Virus record (IMG/VR): IMGVR_UViG_3300017991_000054
From: an uncultured virus (IMG/VR IMGVR_UViG_3300017991_000054)
Taxonomy: Duplodnaviria > Heunggongvirae > Uroviricota > Caudoviricetes
Direction: 5' to 3' (one strand)
Length of the DNA stretch: 64,000 bases
Shown here: piece by piece, positions 21,672 through 31,400 of the stretch
How positions within the stretch are numbered: position 1 is the first letter of the stretch
How the letters are laid out: every line of letters begins with the position of its first letter
Program-made: the position numbers and the translations under genes
The notes under the pieces: model-generated
What the model was told of the DNA's origin: nothing
The model's input: only the letters and a program-made list of their open reading frames with translations
Databases searched by the model: none

Positions 21672-22266
21672 ACCGATTCATGTGTTTAAACACTTTCTCG
21701 GTATATCCATCTTCTTTCCCAACATACCAGTGAAGAGCTAGGTCCAAATTCCCTTTTGATTTCTGGAGTTTAGACTTTAAAATCTCCACACCCTTTTGAA
21801 TATTATACCTGAGGTCATAAGCACATTTAGGATCAATTTCAACTCCATCTTCTTTGAGTATTTGCATTAATCCTTTTGCGCCTTTGGGAGATGTTGCAAA
21901 TGGGTTCCATGTGGACTCAGTTTCAATAACTCCACATATAACTCCAATCTCCATATTTTGCAACTCAGCTTGATTATGAATCTCCCAAGCAATTCTATCC
22001 GCTATCTCAACAGCAATCCTATTATTTCTTGATTGGATGTAGGAGGACAGAATCTCCATATCTTTGCTCAGCTCAAAAGGGTCAACTATCTGAGCAATGA
22101 CCTCAGGTTTTGGTTCCGGTTTGTTCGTAATTTCTACAATGGTGTCCTGAATTGATTTCATCATTTTTGCGTTAAACAATAACATTCCCATATTCAACAA
22201 TAATAGCAAACTACAAACTACAAATACTAACAACGCCATCTTCTTTTCTCTAGTCGTTACACTCAT
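21592..22266 (-). CDS. membrane-anchored lytic transglycosylase (SLT domain)
   Basis: N-terminal TM helix; IETES, A.S..GA.GLMQ, AL..Y. Confidence 0.85.
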   Translation of the reverse strand: MSVTTREKKMALLVFVVCSLLLLLNMGMLLFNAKMMKSIQDTIVEITNKPEPKPEVIAQIVDPFELSKDMEILSSYIQSRNNRIAVEIADRIAWEIHNQAELQNMEIGVICGVIETESTWNPFATSPKGAKGLMQILKEDGVEIDPKCAYDLRYNIQKGVEILKSKLQKSKGNLDLALHWYVGKEDGYTEKVFKHMNRYVAYKTRIATTEENVDRTDEATGESV

Positions 22267-22624
22267 CCTCCCATCACCTCCTAGTTAGAATATCCAATAA
22301 ATATACATCCCTAAACCGATTAACCAAGGGACTACACCAAATATTAATATGACGGCTAAGAATCCATATACAAAACACCACATAAGGAAATCTTGTACTT
22401 CATTCTTTTGGAAGTACCGTCTGATTCTTTCCTTTGCACTGTCAATTACTCCAGTTAAAAATTCATACATGTCTGTCTCCTTTTAAACTTTTGTTCATAT
22501 AGAAACAAATATGTTCCCATACATATAGTAATATATATAGTTTGGTTCTAATAATCTAATTAAGAAAATTTCCTATAGTTTAGTAACAAATGTTAAAATA
22601 GGTTTAGTGTGAAAGGAGACATTT

Positions 22625-23854
22625 ATGATCGGATTGATTAGTGAACGTGGAGTAAACCAAGCATTTTTACCTATCGAAAAGAAAAGAGGAAATGATTTAT
22701 CTAATGGGTATAAAGTGAATGCAAGTCATGGGAAATTTGAATCTGAGAAAAATTGTACGTGGGATGTTTATTGTTTTAATTTAATGGATTATTTAGCCAC
22801 TGAGTGCCAGCTACATTTTGAGAGTATAATTAAGAAGAAACATAATATCAGCACTGTTTCTGCTAATGGTAGCATTCTCCAACAATTACCTTTCTCAACT
22901 AATGTAGGATTCATAGCTGATTGTGAAGAACCTAATGTGCATCCCAAAGATTTAGAAACTCTAAGAGGAACCTGTAAACCTTTTAAATTCTCAAGAACTA
23001 GTAAAGAAATGTTAAAGTCTCTTCCTCTTAAAGGAATGAGTACAGCAAAATTACGACAAACTATTAACAAAATAGCTACATGTAATGTAAAAACAAGTTA
23101 TAGCATCAAAACAATAATTAACTCAAATGGAAATAGAAAAAAGACTAAGAAGAAAAAATTAGAAACAACATTTCAAAAAAAATATCAAAATAAATATTTC
23201 TCACCTTTATTTTTTGTAGAAGAAAAACAAGATCAAGGTGTATATGGTTCAACCTACACCTTCAATTTTGATACTATTTTAGGAACGTTATTTACTCACA
23301 ATATTATGTCCCAAGGTTATTCTATTATTAAACCTGAACTAGCTAAGATTTTGTATTCCCTCTCGCCTAATGCAAATCTCATCTTTAGACGCTACTTAAT
23401 CCATTTGAATAGGATGGTTCAAAAAACTTTGAAAATTGAAGAAATTGTAACAGATTTGGGAATTAGAACTAATGTAGATTCTGTAAGAAAAAATATGGTC
23501 GTTAGTTGGATAAGAGAATTGGAAACTACTGGTTTAATTGAAGTAACTAATATGGATTTGACAAGATATCATTTTTTAGTAAGACGTGGTAATATAGAAA
23601 ACCCAAAGAAACCAAAAAAGAAATCGCATCAAGAACAAGTAGTTGATTTGTTAACTACATTAGTTCAACAAAATCAAAAGATAATAGAAGACAATCAACA
23701 ATTGAAAGAAGATATAAGTCGTTTGAGGGAAATTGATGAATTAAGACGTGCTTGGGTTCTGGCTAAAGAAAAAGAACAAAAAAAAGAATGTAAAAACGCG
23801 ATTACGGTTGATAATCTCCTAGAAGATTTCCAAGGACTCAGTCATGCGTTTTAA
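22625..23854 (+). CDS. putative winged-helix DNA-binding / replication-initiator-like protein
   Basis: basic 409 aa; LSPNANL...IEEIVTDLG...IRELETTGLI wHTH-like segment; first gene after the strand switch. Confidence 0.4.
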   Translation: MIGLISERGVNQAFLPIEKKRGNDLSNGYKVNASHGKFESEKNCTWDVYCFNLMDYLATECQLHFESIIKKKHNISTVSANGSILQQLPFSTNVGFIADCEEPNVHPKDLETLRGTCKPFKFSRTSKEMLKSLPLKGMSTAKLRQTINKIATCNVKTSYSIKTIINSNGNRKKTKKKKLETTFQKKYQNKYFSPLFFVEEKQDQGVYGSTYTFNFDTILGTLFTHNIMSQGYSIIKPELAKILYSLSPNANLIFRRYLIHLNRMVQKTLKIEEIVTDLGIRTNVDSVRKNMVVSWIRELETTGLIEVTNMDLTRYHFLVRRGNIENPKKPKKKSHQEQVVDLLTTLVQQNQKIIEDNQQLKEDISRLREIDELRRAWVLAKEKEQKKECKNAITVDNLLEDFQGLSHAF

Positions 23855-24032
23855 AATAACCATTTTATGTTATTATTACATTTTAAAATATGGAATAATT
23901 CTATGGATTTACAACACACAAAAACCCTATAATCATATAATGATAAAGCTTTTAAGCTTTTAATCTATAGTCACCCTTCGGGCGACATCTAAAATAAATA
24001 TAGAATAAGAATTAGAAAGGAGATTAAAGGAA

Positions 24033-25961
24033 ATGTATAATGAAGAAGTAATTTGGATTAATCAATCTCTTTACTCATACAAAGATAATGCATATCATTC
24101 TGATGGGTATTTAGATATCTCAATTGTTGTAACGACAACTGACTATATCAACTTCTCAAAACCTAGGTTTTCTATCTCAATTGATAATAATAGGAAAAGG
24201 AGAGTTTGTAGTATCTGTAGGTCAAACGTTAGTGATTTAGTAAGAACATTCAACACCGTTGCTCCTAATCTCAAAGAAATCTATGACAATCCTGAATCAG
24301 GAGATATCACAAAAAGATATAACAAGAAAAGAGATCTCATATTTGAATTTCGTAAAGACCCAAACACAGGTGATAGACTGGTAGTTATTAGAATAGTATT
24401 TGGACCATCTGATGAAGGTAAGGTGATAATTCCACTTTCGGAATGTCAAGAAATTATAGAACTAGCACGAATGTTTAAAGATAAATACGTTGACCTAATG
24501 TTAGGTATGAAAAATGGTTACCTGCTTAGTATGCTCGTACAAGAACAGAAAGCTATAAATGCTAGTTTAAAGATTCTTCCATCACAGTTGGTTGGTCAAG
24601 TTTCGCCACAGGAGGTTGCGCACGACGATGAGCCGATCGACGTCGACACCAGTAACATCGATGACTTCGAGAAGTTTGTCACGGAAAATGAAGATAACGT
24701 TAAGATCCCGGAGTTGGACAGTGACGTGGTTGCGCCGCAGGAGCCTGTCACGCAAGAGTTCCAAAGTAACTTTCTAGATAATATTTTAAAAGGTGATTGT
24801 CAGGTTTTCGACCAGATGATGACCGCTGTTATGACAGACTCGAATCCACTTGACTCCATTATAAAACATCTTAAAGTAGGAGAGGGAGTTGAGTTGTTTC
24901 CAGGAATGTCTATCGATGATTATAAGTCAATATGTTACATGTCCAACATCTTATTTAGAGTTCCATTCCAAAAATATATGTTAAATAATGTGGCTCTTCC
25001 AGCTACATCAAACATCTTAAAATATTCTCCATCTGAAACAAGTCAATATAACACAGATCTTGCACATGATATACTCTTAATGAATAGTTACTTAAGAATA
25101 TACCGAAGTAAAATAGAGTCAGTGAATTCAGATGCTTATTCAAATGGAGCAATGGTTTTTATGGCTACCAGATGCTTCATGGACGTATTATGTTTTAGTT
25201 TTCTTGACCATCAAAATCCAGAAGCTATAAAGAATTATGTAGTATCAAAATACAAGGATTATTTGGAGAAGGGTTTCTTTCGACATTATCAGGAAATGCT
25301 TACAATGAATAATTGTAAAGATATTTCTCCTGTAGAAGTTGGAGCAATTGTAGAGAAAGCTCTAGAAGCTGGAGTAAAAACCAGTTCGATTGATCTTGTG
25401 CATAATGCTGCGTATGACGACCATTCTGTGATTCTTCCTTATAAAAATACCTTTGAGTTAGAACAAATTACAAACGAGATTGTTCCGTTGGAAGTGAAAG
25501 TTCATTTGGGTGCTGATCCCTCAAAGGAAACTGACAATGAAGATTATTTGGGTCTCTTTGGTAATTTGCAGATTAAAAAGAGAAAGCCAAAACGCACCCA
25601 ACATAAAACGGAACCTACAAAGAAAGAAACAAACATTGTTAGATACATAAGGTTCGTTAAAGATTCTATTCAGGATAAGTATGTTGATAAGCTACTTAGA
25701 GCTGTAGATGGACTTGAAGAATCAAACTATGATTTTTCCAATCCAGAAATTCCATCTCAAGAACTTGATGAGAGTGTACTTCAAGGATTGTATGTCTGGA
25801 ATGAATCTGAAAAGAACGAGGGGTATAAATCCTTCTTTATGAAGATTGAAGAATGTATCTCGAAAGACTTAATACTTGCAAAAATACAAGGTACCGAGAA
25901 TCTAGAAGATAACACTGGAAGTGAAGGTGATTGGTTGGGCGGAGCCAACCTCGACCTATAG
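24033..25961 (+). CDS. hypothetical protein
   Basis: 642-aa ORF with SD. Confidence 0.7.
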   Translation: MYNEEVIWINQSLYSYKDNAYHSDGYLDISIVVTTTDYINFSKPRFSISIDNNRKRRVCSICRSNVSDLVRTFNTVAPNLKEIYDNPESGDITKRYNKKRDLIFEFRKDPNTGDRLVVIRIVFGPSDEGKVIIPLSECQEIIELARMFKDKYVDLMLGMKNGYLLSMLVQEQKAINASLKILPSQLVGQVSPQEVAHDDEPIDVDTSNIDDFEKFVTENEDNVKIPELDSDVVAPQEPVTQEFQSNFLDNILKGDCQVFDQMMTAVMTDSNPLDSIIKHLKVGEGVELFPGMSIDDYKSICYMSNILFRVPFQKYMLNNVALPATSNILKYSPSETSQYNTDLAHDILLMNSYLRIYRSKIESVNSDAYSNGAMVFMATRCFMDVLCFSFLDHQNPEAIKNYVVSKYKDYLEKGFFRHYQEMLTMNNCKDISPVEVGAIVEKALEAGVKTSSIDLVHNAAYDDHSVILPYKNTFELEQITNEIVPLEVKVHLGADPSKETDNEDYLGLFGNLQIKKRKPKRTQHKTEPTKKETNIVRYIRFVKDSIQDKYVDKLLRAVDGLEESNYDFSNPEIPSQELDESVLQGLYVWNESEKNEGYKSFFMKIEECISKDLILAKIQGTENLEDNTGSEGDWLGGANLDL

Positions 25962-25976
25962 AAAGGAGAATTTAGA

Positions 25977-26627
25977 ATGTCATTGAATCTTGGAAGAACG
26001 TTTGATCGAAGTTATATGTTAAGAGTCCCGTTTCTGGATGGTTATTACAATATTGGTACATTCTTTAATAAGAGATCATCATTTTTACTTTTTAGTGTTG
26101 ACGCAGATTTTGAAGGAAGTGTTGCTTCTCATGGTGTTAAAGTGAACATGTTTAAGAATTTGGAGTCTTCTAAATTCTGTGAAACATTCTTAACACTACA
26201 CAACTATAGGAAGACAACCCTGGATATCATTAATCAATTTGAAAATATCAAATCTGATTATTATTACGACGTTAATTTTCTTTTCAATGAAACTCTCAGA
26301 CTATCAAAAATTGAAGTTAATGATAGAACACTTTTTGATACATTAACTTTGTACGGACTAACTCTTACAAGTTATAGCAATGAGTTTGTGTTCGTAATTG
26401 CTGAGAGACAAAATATTATTAAGAAGCTTGGTAAAAAGGTAGTAAGGACGACAGGAATTCAAATAGGGACATCACGAGCATTATCACTATTAGACGAATT
26501 TCATAAAGAGAGTTTGACTGCTGGAATGCAAGGAAAACAAGAACTTGTTGCAGTTCCATCAGATGAAAAAGAGATTATCACTCTTTCTGAAGTCGACAAG
26601 GAGTTAGGATTGAATGGCAAGGACTAG
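25977..26627 (+). CDS. hypothetical protein
   Basis: 216-aa ORF with AGGAG SD. Confidence 0.65.
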   Translation: MSLNLGRTFDRSYMLRVPFLDGYYNIGTFFNKRSSFLLFSVDADFEGSVASHGVKVNMFKNLESSKFCETFLTLHNYRKTTLDIINQFENIKSDYYYDVNFLFNETLRLSKIEVNDRTLFDTLTLYGLTLTSYSNEFVFVIAERQNIIKKLGKKVVRTTGIQIGTSRALSLLDEFHKESLTAGMQGKQELVAVPSDEKEIITLSEVDKELGLNGKD

Positions 26628-27831
26628 AGACGGTTATCATTATACGTTTATACATAATGTATTTGGTGGATTTATTGAGGATACATTAAGTTACTTTGCA
26701 GATTATATGTATCCAAGAACTAATTATCGCGTTGTAGGGACATATGATAAAGCTGTGGATTATCTAAAAGAACAGATGAATCTAGGACGCGAAATGGATA
26801 TGCCAAATTTAACATCTATGATTCTGAACCCTTCAGGAGACTTCAACCTTGATGAAGCAAATTCCGGAGCAAAACAACTCTATAGATTTCCAAATTTAAA
26901 CTCAGGGTTTATACAAAGACTATATGAACCTATCTATAAAGATGCAAATACTCAAATTAATGTAGGGTTTACAAGACTTCGAGGAGAGTTTGAATTATTA
27001 ATTCTGGTAAATTCTTTTTATGAATATTTTGATGTAAAACTTTTAATGATGCAATATTTTGGAGGAGAAGGAAGAATAATCACGCCTGTATATTTCAATT
27101 CATTTATTATCATTCCTGATGAGCTTAAAAACTTTAGATACGAAAATGACGAAACTGGTGTTTCCTATGGACTTGATTGGGATAGCGCTGGTGCTTATGA
27201 TCATCTTGTAAGAACTACAAATAGAAATGAATTGGTCATAGCAGGAAAAATTAAACCACGATACATCTTAAGAGGAATATCGGATGCATCAGCAAGACAT
27301 GGTGGATTAGATTCTCTTGCTGATTGGCGTTTATCATTAACAATTGAATATGAACTTGAGATACCAAGTTTTATTATAATTGATAGTGATTATATTGCAG
27401 AAGGCATTGTTACTAATTTTCGATATGGACACACATACTCTGAATATCCTGATTATAATGAAGCACCCGATGCAAAAGATAGTATTGATACTGTATGGGA
27501 CTCAGGATTACAAGATGGCATTAGTGATACAGTTCCTCCTGATTTACCTGATGAAGTTGATGCAATTACTAAAACTGAAAGACAATTTAAGATAAGATAC
27601 TTCCATGAAATCACCACACAAGAAGCAGATGCTACATCTGTAGTTTTCATTGATCTACCAGAACCAATTACAGATCAAACACTTTTAATAGTACAAAATT
27701 CAGAAGGTAGACTAGAATACGGTGATGATTATACAATAGAAAATAGCGGTAATATATTATCAATTAGCTCAGATGTTATATTAAAGGAAGGAGAATTCCT
27801 TGAGTTATATGTCTATGAGGTAGTGGTATGA
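26614..27831 (+). CDS. putative virion structural protein
   Basis: 405 aa, acidic and beta-rich C-terminus; contextual call. Confidence 0.4.
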   Translation: MARTRDGYHYTFIHNVFGGFIEDTLSYFADYMYPRTNYRVVGTYDKAVDYLKEQMNLGREMDMPNLTSMILNPSGDFNLDEANSGAKQLYRFPNLNSGFIQRLYEPIYKDANTQINVGFTRLRGEFELLILVNSFYEYFDVKLLMMQYFGGEGRIITPVYFNSFIIIPDELKNFRYENDETGVSYGLDWDSAGAYDHLVRTTNRNELVIAGKIKPRYILRGISDASARHGGLDSLADWRLSLTIEYELEIPSFIIIDSDYIAEGIVTNFRYGHTYSEYPDYNEAPDAKDSIDTVWDSGLQDGISDTVPPDLPDEVDAITKTERQFKIRYFHEITTQEADATSVVFIDLPEPITDQTLLIVQNSEGRLEYGDDYTIENSGNILSISSDVILKEGEFLELYVYEVVV

Positions 27832-28385
27832 CTTTAGATAAATCAGTAATGAATACTATATTTACAGATAGGAAAAAATTTGTTAAAAAAGTAAATGTGG
27901 CTGGAGCAGTTATTGCGAAGCTAGGAGAAAAAGGGGAAACCCTCATCTTATTAATTAGAAGATCTCCAACAGATCATTGGCCCCTTCATTTTGAATTTCC
28001 AAGAGGTAAATGTGATCAAGGACTAGACGAGGATACTATTAAATGTCTCAAAAGAGAAGTGAAAGAAGAAACTGGATTAGATGTTCGTATTTTAAGATTT
28101 ATTGATAAATTTACATATATAGCGGATAGTGGAAGAAGAGAATCTACACAGTACAATTATTTATGTCAAATGAAAGATCCTAAACAACCTGTAAAATTAT
28201 CACATGAACATGACGACTTTAAATGGATTTCGAGTATGGGTGAAGTTGAATTAATGACTCTCCCAGAGATGAAAAAGACTATTTCAAAAGTTTTAGATTT
28301 GGATGAGAGAATTGTTGATTATCCTACAAATAACTTCTCAGGAGAAACAAAAATTAAAGAAATGATAAACAAAATTTTTGAATAA
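27828..28385 (+). CDS. NUDIX hydrolase
   Basis: FPRGK...E....CLKREVKEETGL Nudix box; LSHEHDDFKW. Confidence 0.9.
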   Translation: MTLDKSVMNTIFTDRKKFVKKVNVAGAVIAKLGEKGETLILLIRRSPTDHWPLHFEFPRGKCDQGLDEDTIKCLKREVKEETGLDVRILRFIDKFTYIADSGRRESTQYNYLCQMKDPKQPVKLSHEHDDFKWISSMGEVELMTLPEMKKTISKVLDLDERIVDYPTNNFSGETKIKEMINKIFE

Positions 28386-28523
28386 ATTCATTGGTTTAAA
28401 AATACCCTTGTATATACTAAGAACTAATATTTTCACATTTTTATGGAAGTATAATTTCTTAAAAATATTCTAAAATATAAGTTACAAACTTATAAAATAA
28501 ATAGAACAAAATAAGGTGTTGTT

Positions 28524-29042
28524 ATGGATCCTTTAGATGAGTATTTACAATATTTACAAGATAGCTCCTTGGGTCAGGGACTTGCAATGGGTGCTCTATC
28601 AGGTTTGACAGCTGGTGGTCTTTTATACGCTATGACAAAAGGTAAGTTAAATAAGATGCAGAGAAAAGCAGCTATCACTAGAGCAATAAATAAAAGATGT
28701 AAAAATGTAAGAAATCCTGCTACTAAGAAAGATTGTATTAAAAATCAAAAGAAGAAATTTGGAATAACAGAAGCTGGGTTTGAGGGTATGCCAAAAGGAT
28801 GGACTAAAAAATCCATTACTAAAGCGGGTCGTTCTCTAGCTAAGACAGTTGGTGATAAATCCCCAAAAGAAAAAGGCTTTTTTAAGAAGTGTGTTAAGAG
28901 AATGAGAAAACATATGGGAGATGGAGCAGAAGGGTATTGCGCATCTCTAAAAGATGAAGCTTATGGAAGTACATACTGGCGAGGAAAAAAGAAACCCAAA
29001 AAGGTTGCACAAAAACTCACCTCAAGGATTAAGAATGTATAA
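28524..29042 (+). CDS. basic hypothetical protein (possible head internal protein)
   Basis: Lys-rich 172 aa with acidic N-terminus. Confidence 0.5.
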   Translation: MDPLDEYLQYLQDSSLGQGLAMGALSGLTAGGLLYAMTKGKLNKMQRKAAITRAINKRCKNVRNPATKKDCIKNQKKKFGITEAGFEGMPKGWTKKSITKAGRSLAKTVGDKSPKEKGFFKKCVKRMRKHMGDGAEGYCASLKDEAYGSTYWRGKKKPKKVAQKLTSRIKNV

Positions 29043-29556
29043 CAAGAAGAACAAATTATAAAACTTATTATATGGGCTATATTATGTACAAACATTTATT
29101 AAATAATGTTTTTGAGTCAAAAAAGAAAGAACAGAAAGTTAGAAAATCTAATTTTATAAAACTAAAAGACCTTTTAAAAAAATATAAAGAGGGTAGAAAA
29201 TTACAAAAAAAGAGTCAAGACAGAGACGTTACACCCGGAGTACTTGGTAAAAAGAGTACTAATTGGCTCGCTGGGAGGTAGTATGAAACTAAAAGAGAAA
29301 ATTCAACTCTCAGAAGTAATGGTTGATTACTATCTTTTGGGAGAAGATTGGGTATATAATACATTGATGGGTATACAGACCGCTCAAGGAGTCGGTCAGG
29401 ATATATCCAGACTGACAAATTGGATCAAAAAGAAACGAGAAGCAAGAAAACAAAAAGAATTGTTGAGGAAAAAACAAGAACATCAAAAAGCTAAGATGTC
29501 AGCAGCAGGAAAGGAATACCAACCACCTAAGAATATGTCTGGGATGGTTTAAAATA

Positions 29557-30087
29557 TTGGGGGAAGTTATCATGAAACCAGATAAACTTGTAGATGCATA
29601 TCTTGATGGTACAATAGAAGATATAAGAGTCGTTGAAGGTTTGGTTGACGACTTAGTTGATGAGGGATTGAGATCTTTTTTCAAAAAGAAATGGACTAAA
29701 AAGGGCGAAGAAGCTAATTTTGAAAGAGCTAAAAGAAAATTTCGCGCTCAACGAGGATTAGAAGATCCGCAAAAACCTCGTGAAATTAATCGTCATACGA
29801 CCGCAGGCATCCTCTTAAGAAGAAATCAACAACTAAAAGATATCATGGGCGAGGCGTTTTCTAAAAAAAAAGTAGGTGAAGCAACCGCCTGGATGACTAG
29901 AGCAGTAAATGCAAGAAGTCAAAAAACACCAGGATCTAAATTTTTTAAGAAAGTGAAACAAGCATTAAAAGATGCAGTCCCAAGACGCAAACAAAAAGCA
30001 TATGAATTAACACCAGCAGATTATGCAGATATAGAGAGGAAAAAACAACAGATACTTTCTAGAGTTGCAGCAAGAAAATCGAAATAA
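29557..30087 (+). CDS. basic hypothetical protein (possible head internal protein)
   Basis: acidic N-terminal part ending in VDE, then Lys/Arg-rich body. Confidence 0.5.
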   Translation: MGEVIMKPDKLVDAYLDGTIEDIRVVEGLVDDLVDEGLRSFFKKKWTKKGEEANFERAKRKFRAQRGLEDPQKPREINRHTTAGILLRRNQQLKDIMGEAFSKKKVGEATAWMTRAVNARSQKTPGSKFFKKVKQALKDAVPRRKQKAYELTPADYADIERKKQQILSRVAARKSK

Positions 30088-30104
30088 TTGAAAGGAGTTT
30101 ACAG

Positions 30105-31400
30105 GTGAAGAGTTTTGAATTTGATGGAAAGGGACCTAAAGTTGATAAGGAAATCCAAAGACAATCTATTAAAAAAATGGGGTTGAAAAGCGACAAACCA
30201 CAGTATGTACAACATATGGAGGAACTTCGAGAATCACCCCCAAATATTGTAATTGCTGAAGCTCTAAGAACTGCAGGGTTCATACAGAATAAATTCAAAC
30301 ATCAAGTTCTTAAAAAGAAACAAAAATATGTAATGGGATTAGGTGTTTATAAACAATTATGGTATGACAATTTCAGAAAGGTTAAAATTCTTAAACCAGC
30401 CACCGTACAATTCAATAAAGTATATAGACCTTATACAGGTCAAGATCTTACTGACAAATCCCTCTTGGTTACAAGAACAGGAGGGATTGGAGATCTTTTA
30501 TTCATCCAACCTAATCTAATCTATCTAAAAGAAAAATATCCGACCTGCACAATCAAATTTGCGTGTGGTCCGCAATACCAAGCTATGATAGAAGGTTGGG
30601 ATTGTGTAGATGAAATTCTAGACCTTCCATTTTCTTTAACCCATTTATTAAGATCAGATTACCATTCAATTTTTGAGGGTGTTATTGAAAGGTGTAGAGA
30701 AGCTACCGAGGAAAATGCTTATCGACTTTTTACAAAATGGATGGGTCTTAATTTACCAGATGAAAAACTTATCCCTACTCAAAATCCTGTAAAGGATAAA
30801 GTTGAAGCATGTCAAAAGTATTTAGATCAAAATAATGTAAAGAATTTTGTTTTGGTACAATTGCGGGCTTCTTCACCAATTAGAACACCAAGTCCAAATT
30901 TATGGAAAGATCTTCTTGGTCATTTAGTCAGGAAAAACCATACTGTAATTATCACAGATGCTCCTCATATGCATACACATATTCAAGCATTTATTGAATC
31001 GTTAGATGAGGATGTGCAGCATTGTGTATTAAATTTTACAAAGGAATCACAAACTTTAGATTATACAATCGCATTAGCACATTTAGCTGATTGTATATTA
31101 TCTCCTGATAGTTCATTGATTCATATTGCTGCCAGTTTAAGAGTTCCTGGTTTTGGAATTTATGGAGCATTTCCTGGAAAAATTAGATTAGAGACATATA
31201 AAAATATTGATTGGATTGAGGGAAAAACAGAATGTGCTCCATGTTTTACACATGGAATGAACCTATGTAGAAATGCGATTGGAAAAAGTCCAAAATGTTA
31301 TAGTACTATAAATGTTGATGAAGTAGTTAATCGTATTGAGAGGCTCATTAGTAATGATAAAGATAGGTCTGTGCGTCCGAAACCGATTAGCAGTAACTAA
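30105..31400 (+). CDS. glycosyltransferase family 9 (heptosyltransferase-like)
   Basis: GGIGDLL, DSSLIHIAASL, C.PC motifs. Confidence 0.85.
   Translation: MKSFEFDGKGPKVDKEIQRQSIKKMGLKSDKPQYVQHMEELRESPPNIVIAEALRTAGFIQNKFKHQVLKKKQKYVMGLGVYKQLWYDNFRKVKILKPATVQFNKVYRPYTGQDLTDKSLLVTRTGGIGDLLFIQPNLIYLKEKYPTCTIKFACGPQYQAMIEGWDCVDEILDLPFSLTHLLRSDYHSIFEGVIERCREATEENAYRLFTKWMGLNLPDEKLIPTQNPVKDKVEACQKYLDQNNVKNFVLVQLRASSPIRTPSPNLWKDLLGHLVRKNHTVIITDAPHMHTHIQAFIESLDEDVQHCVLNFTKESQTLDYTIALAHLADCILSPDSSLIHIAASLRVPGFGIYGAFPGKIRLETYKNIDWIEGKTECAPCFTHGMNLCRNAIGKSPKCYSTINVDEVVNRIERLISNDKDRSVRPKPISSN

Noticed and set aside
22598..23932. third gene-enclosing helix around the wHTH gene (AGGTTTAGTGTG vs CACACAAAAACCCT)
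   Set aside because: Complementarity is short and gapped; not distinguishable from chance in AT-rich DNA.
24590..24770. CG-rich patch inside the 642-aa gene (intron or insertion?)
   Set aside because: Frame is uninterrupted and encodes an acidic Pro-rich linker; no splice or intein motifs.
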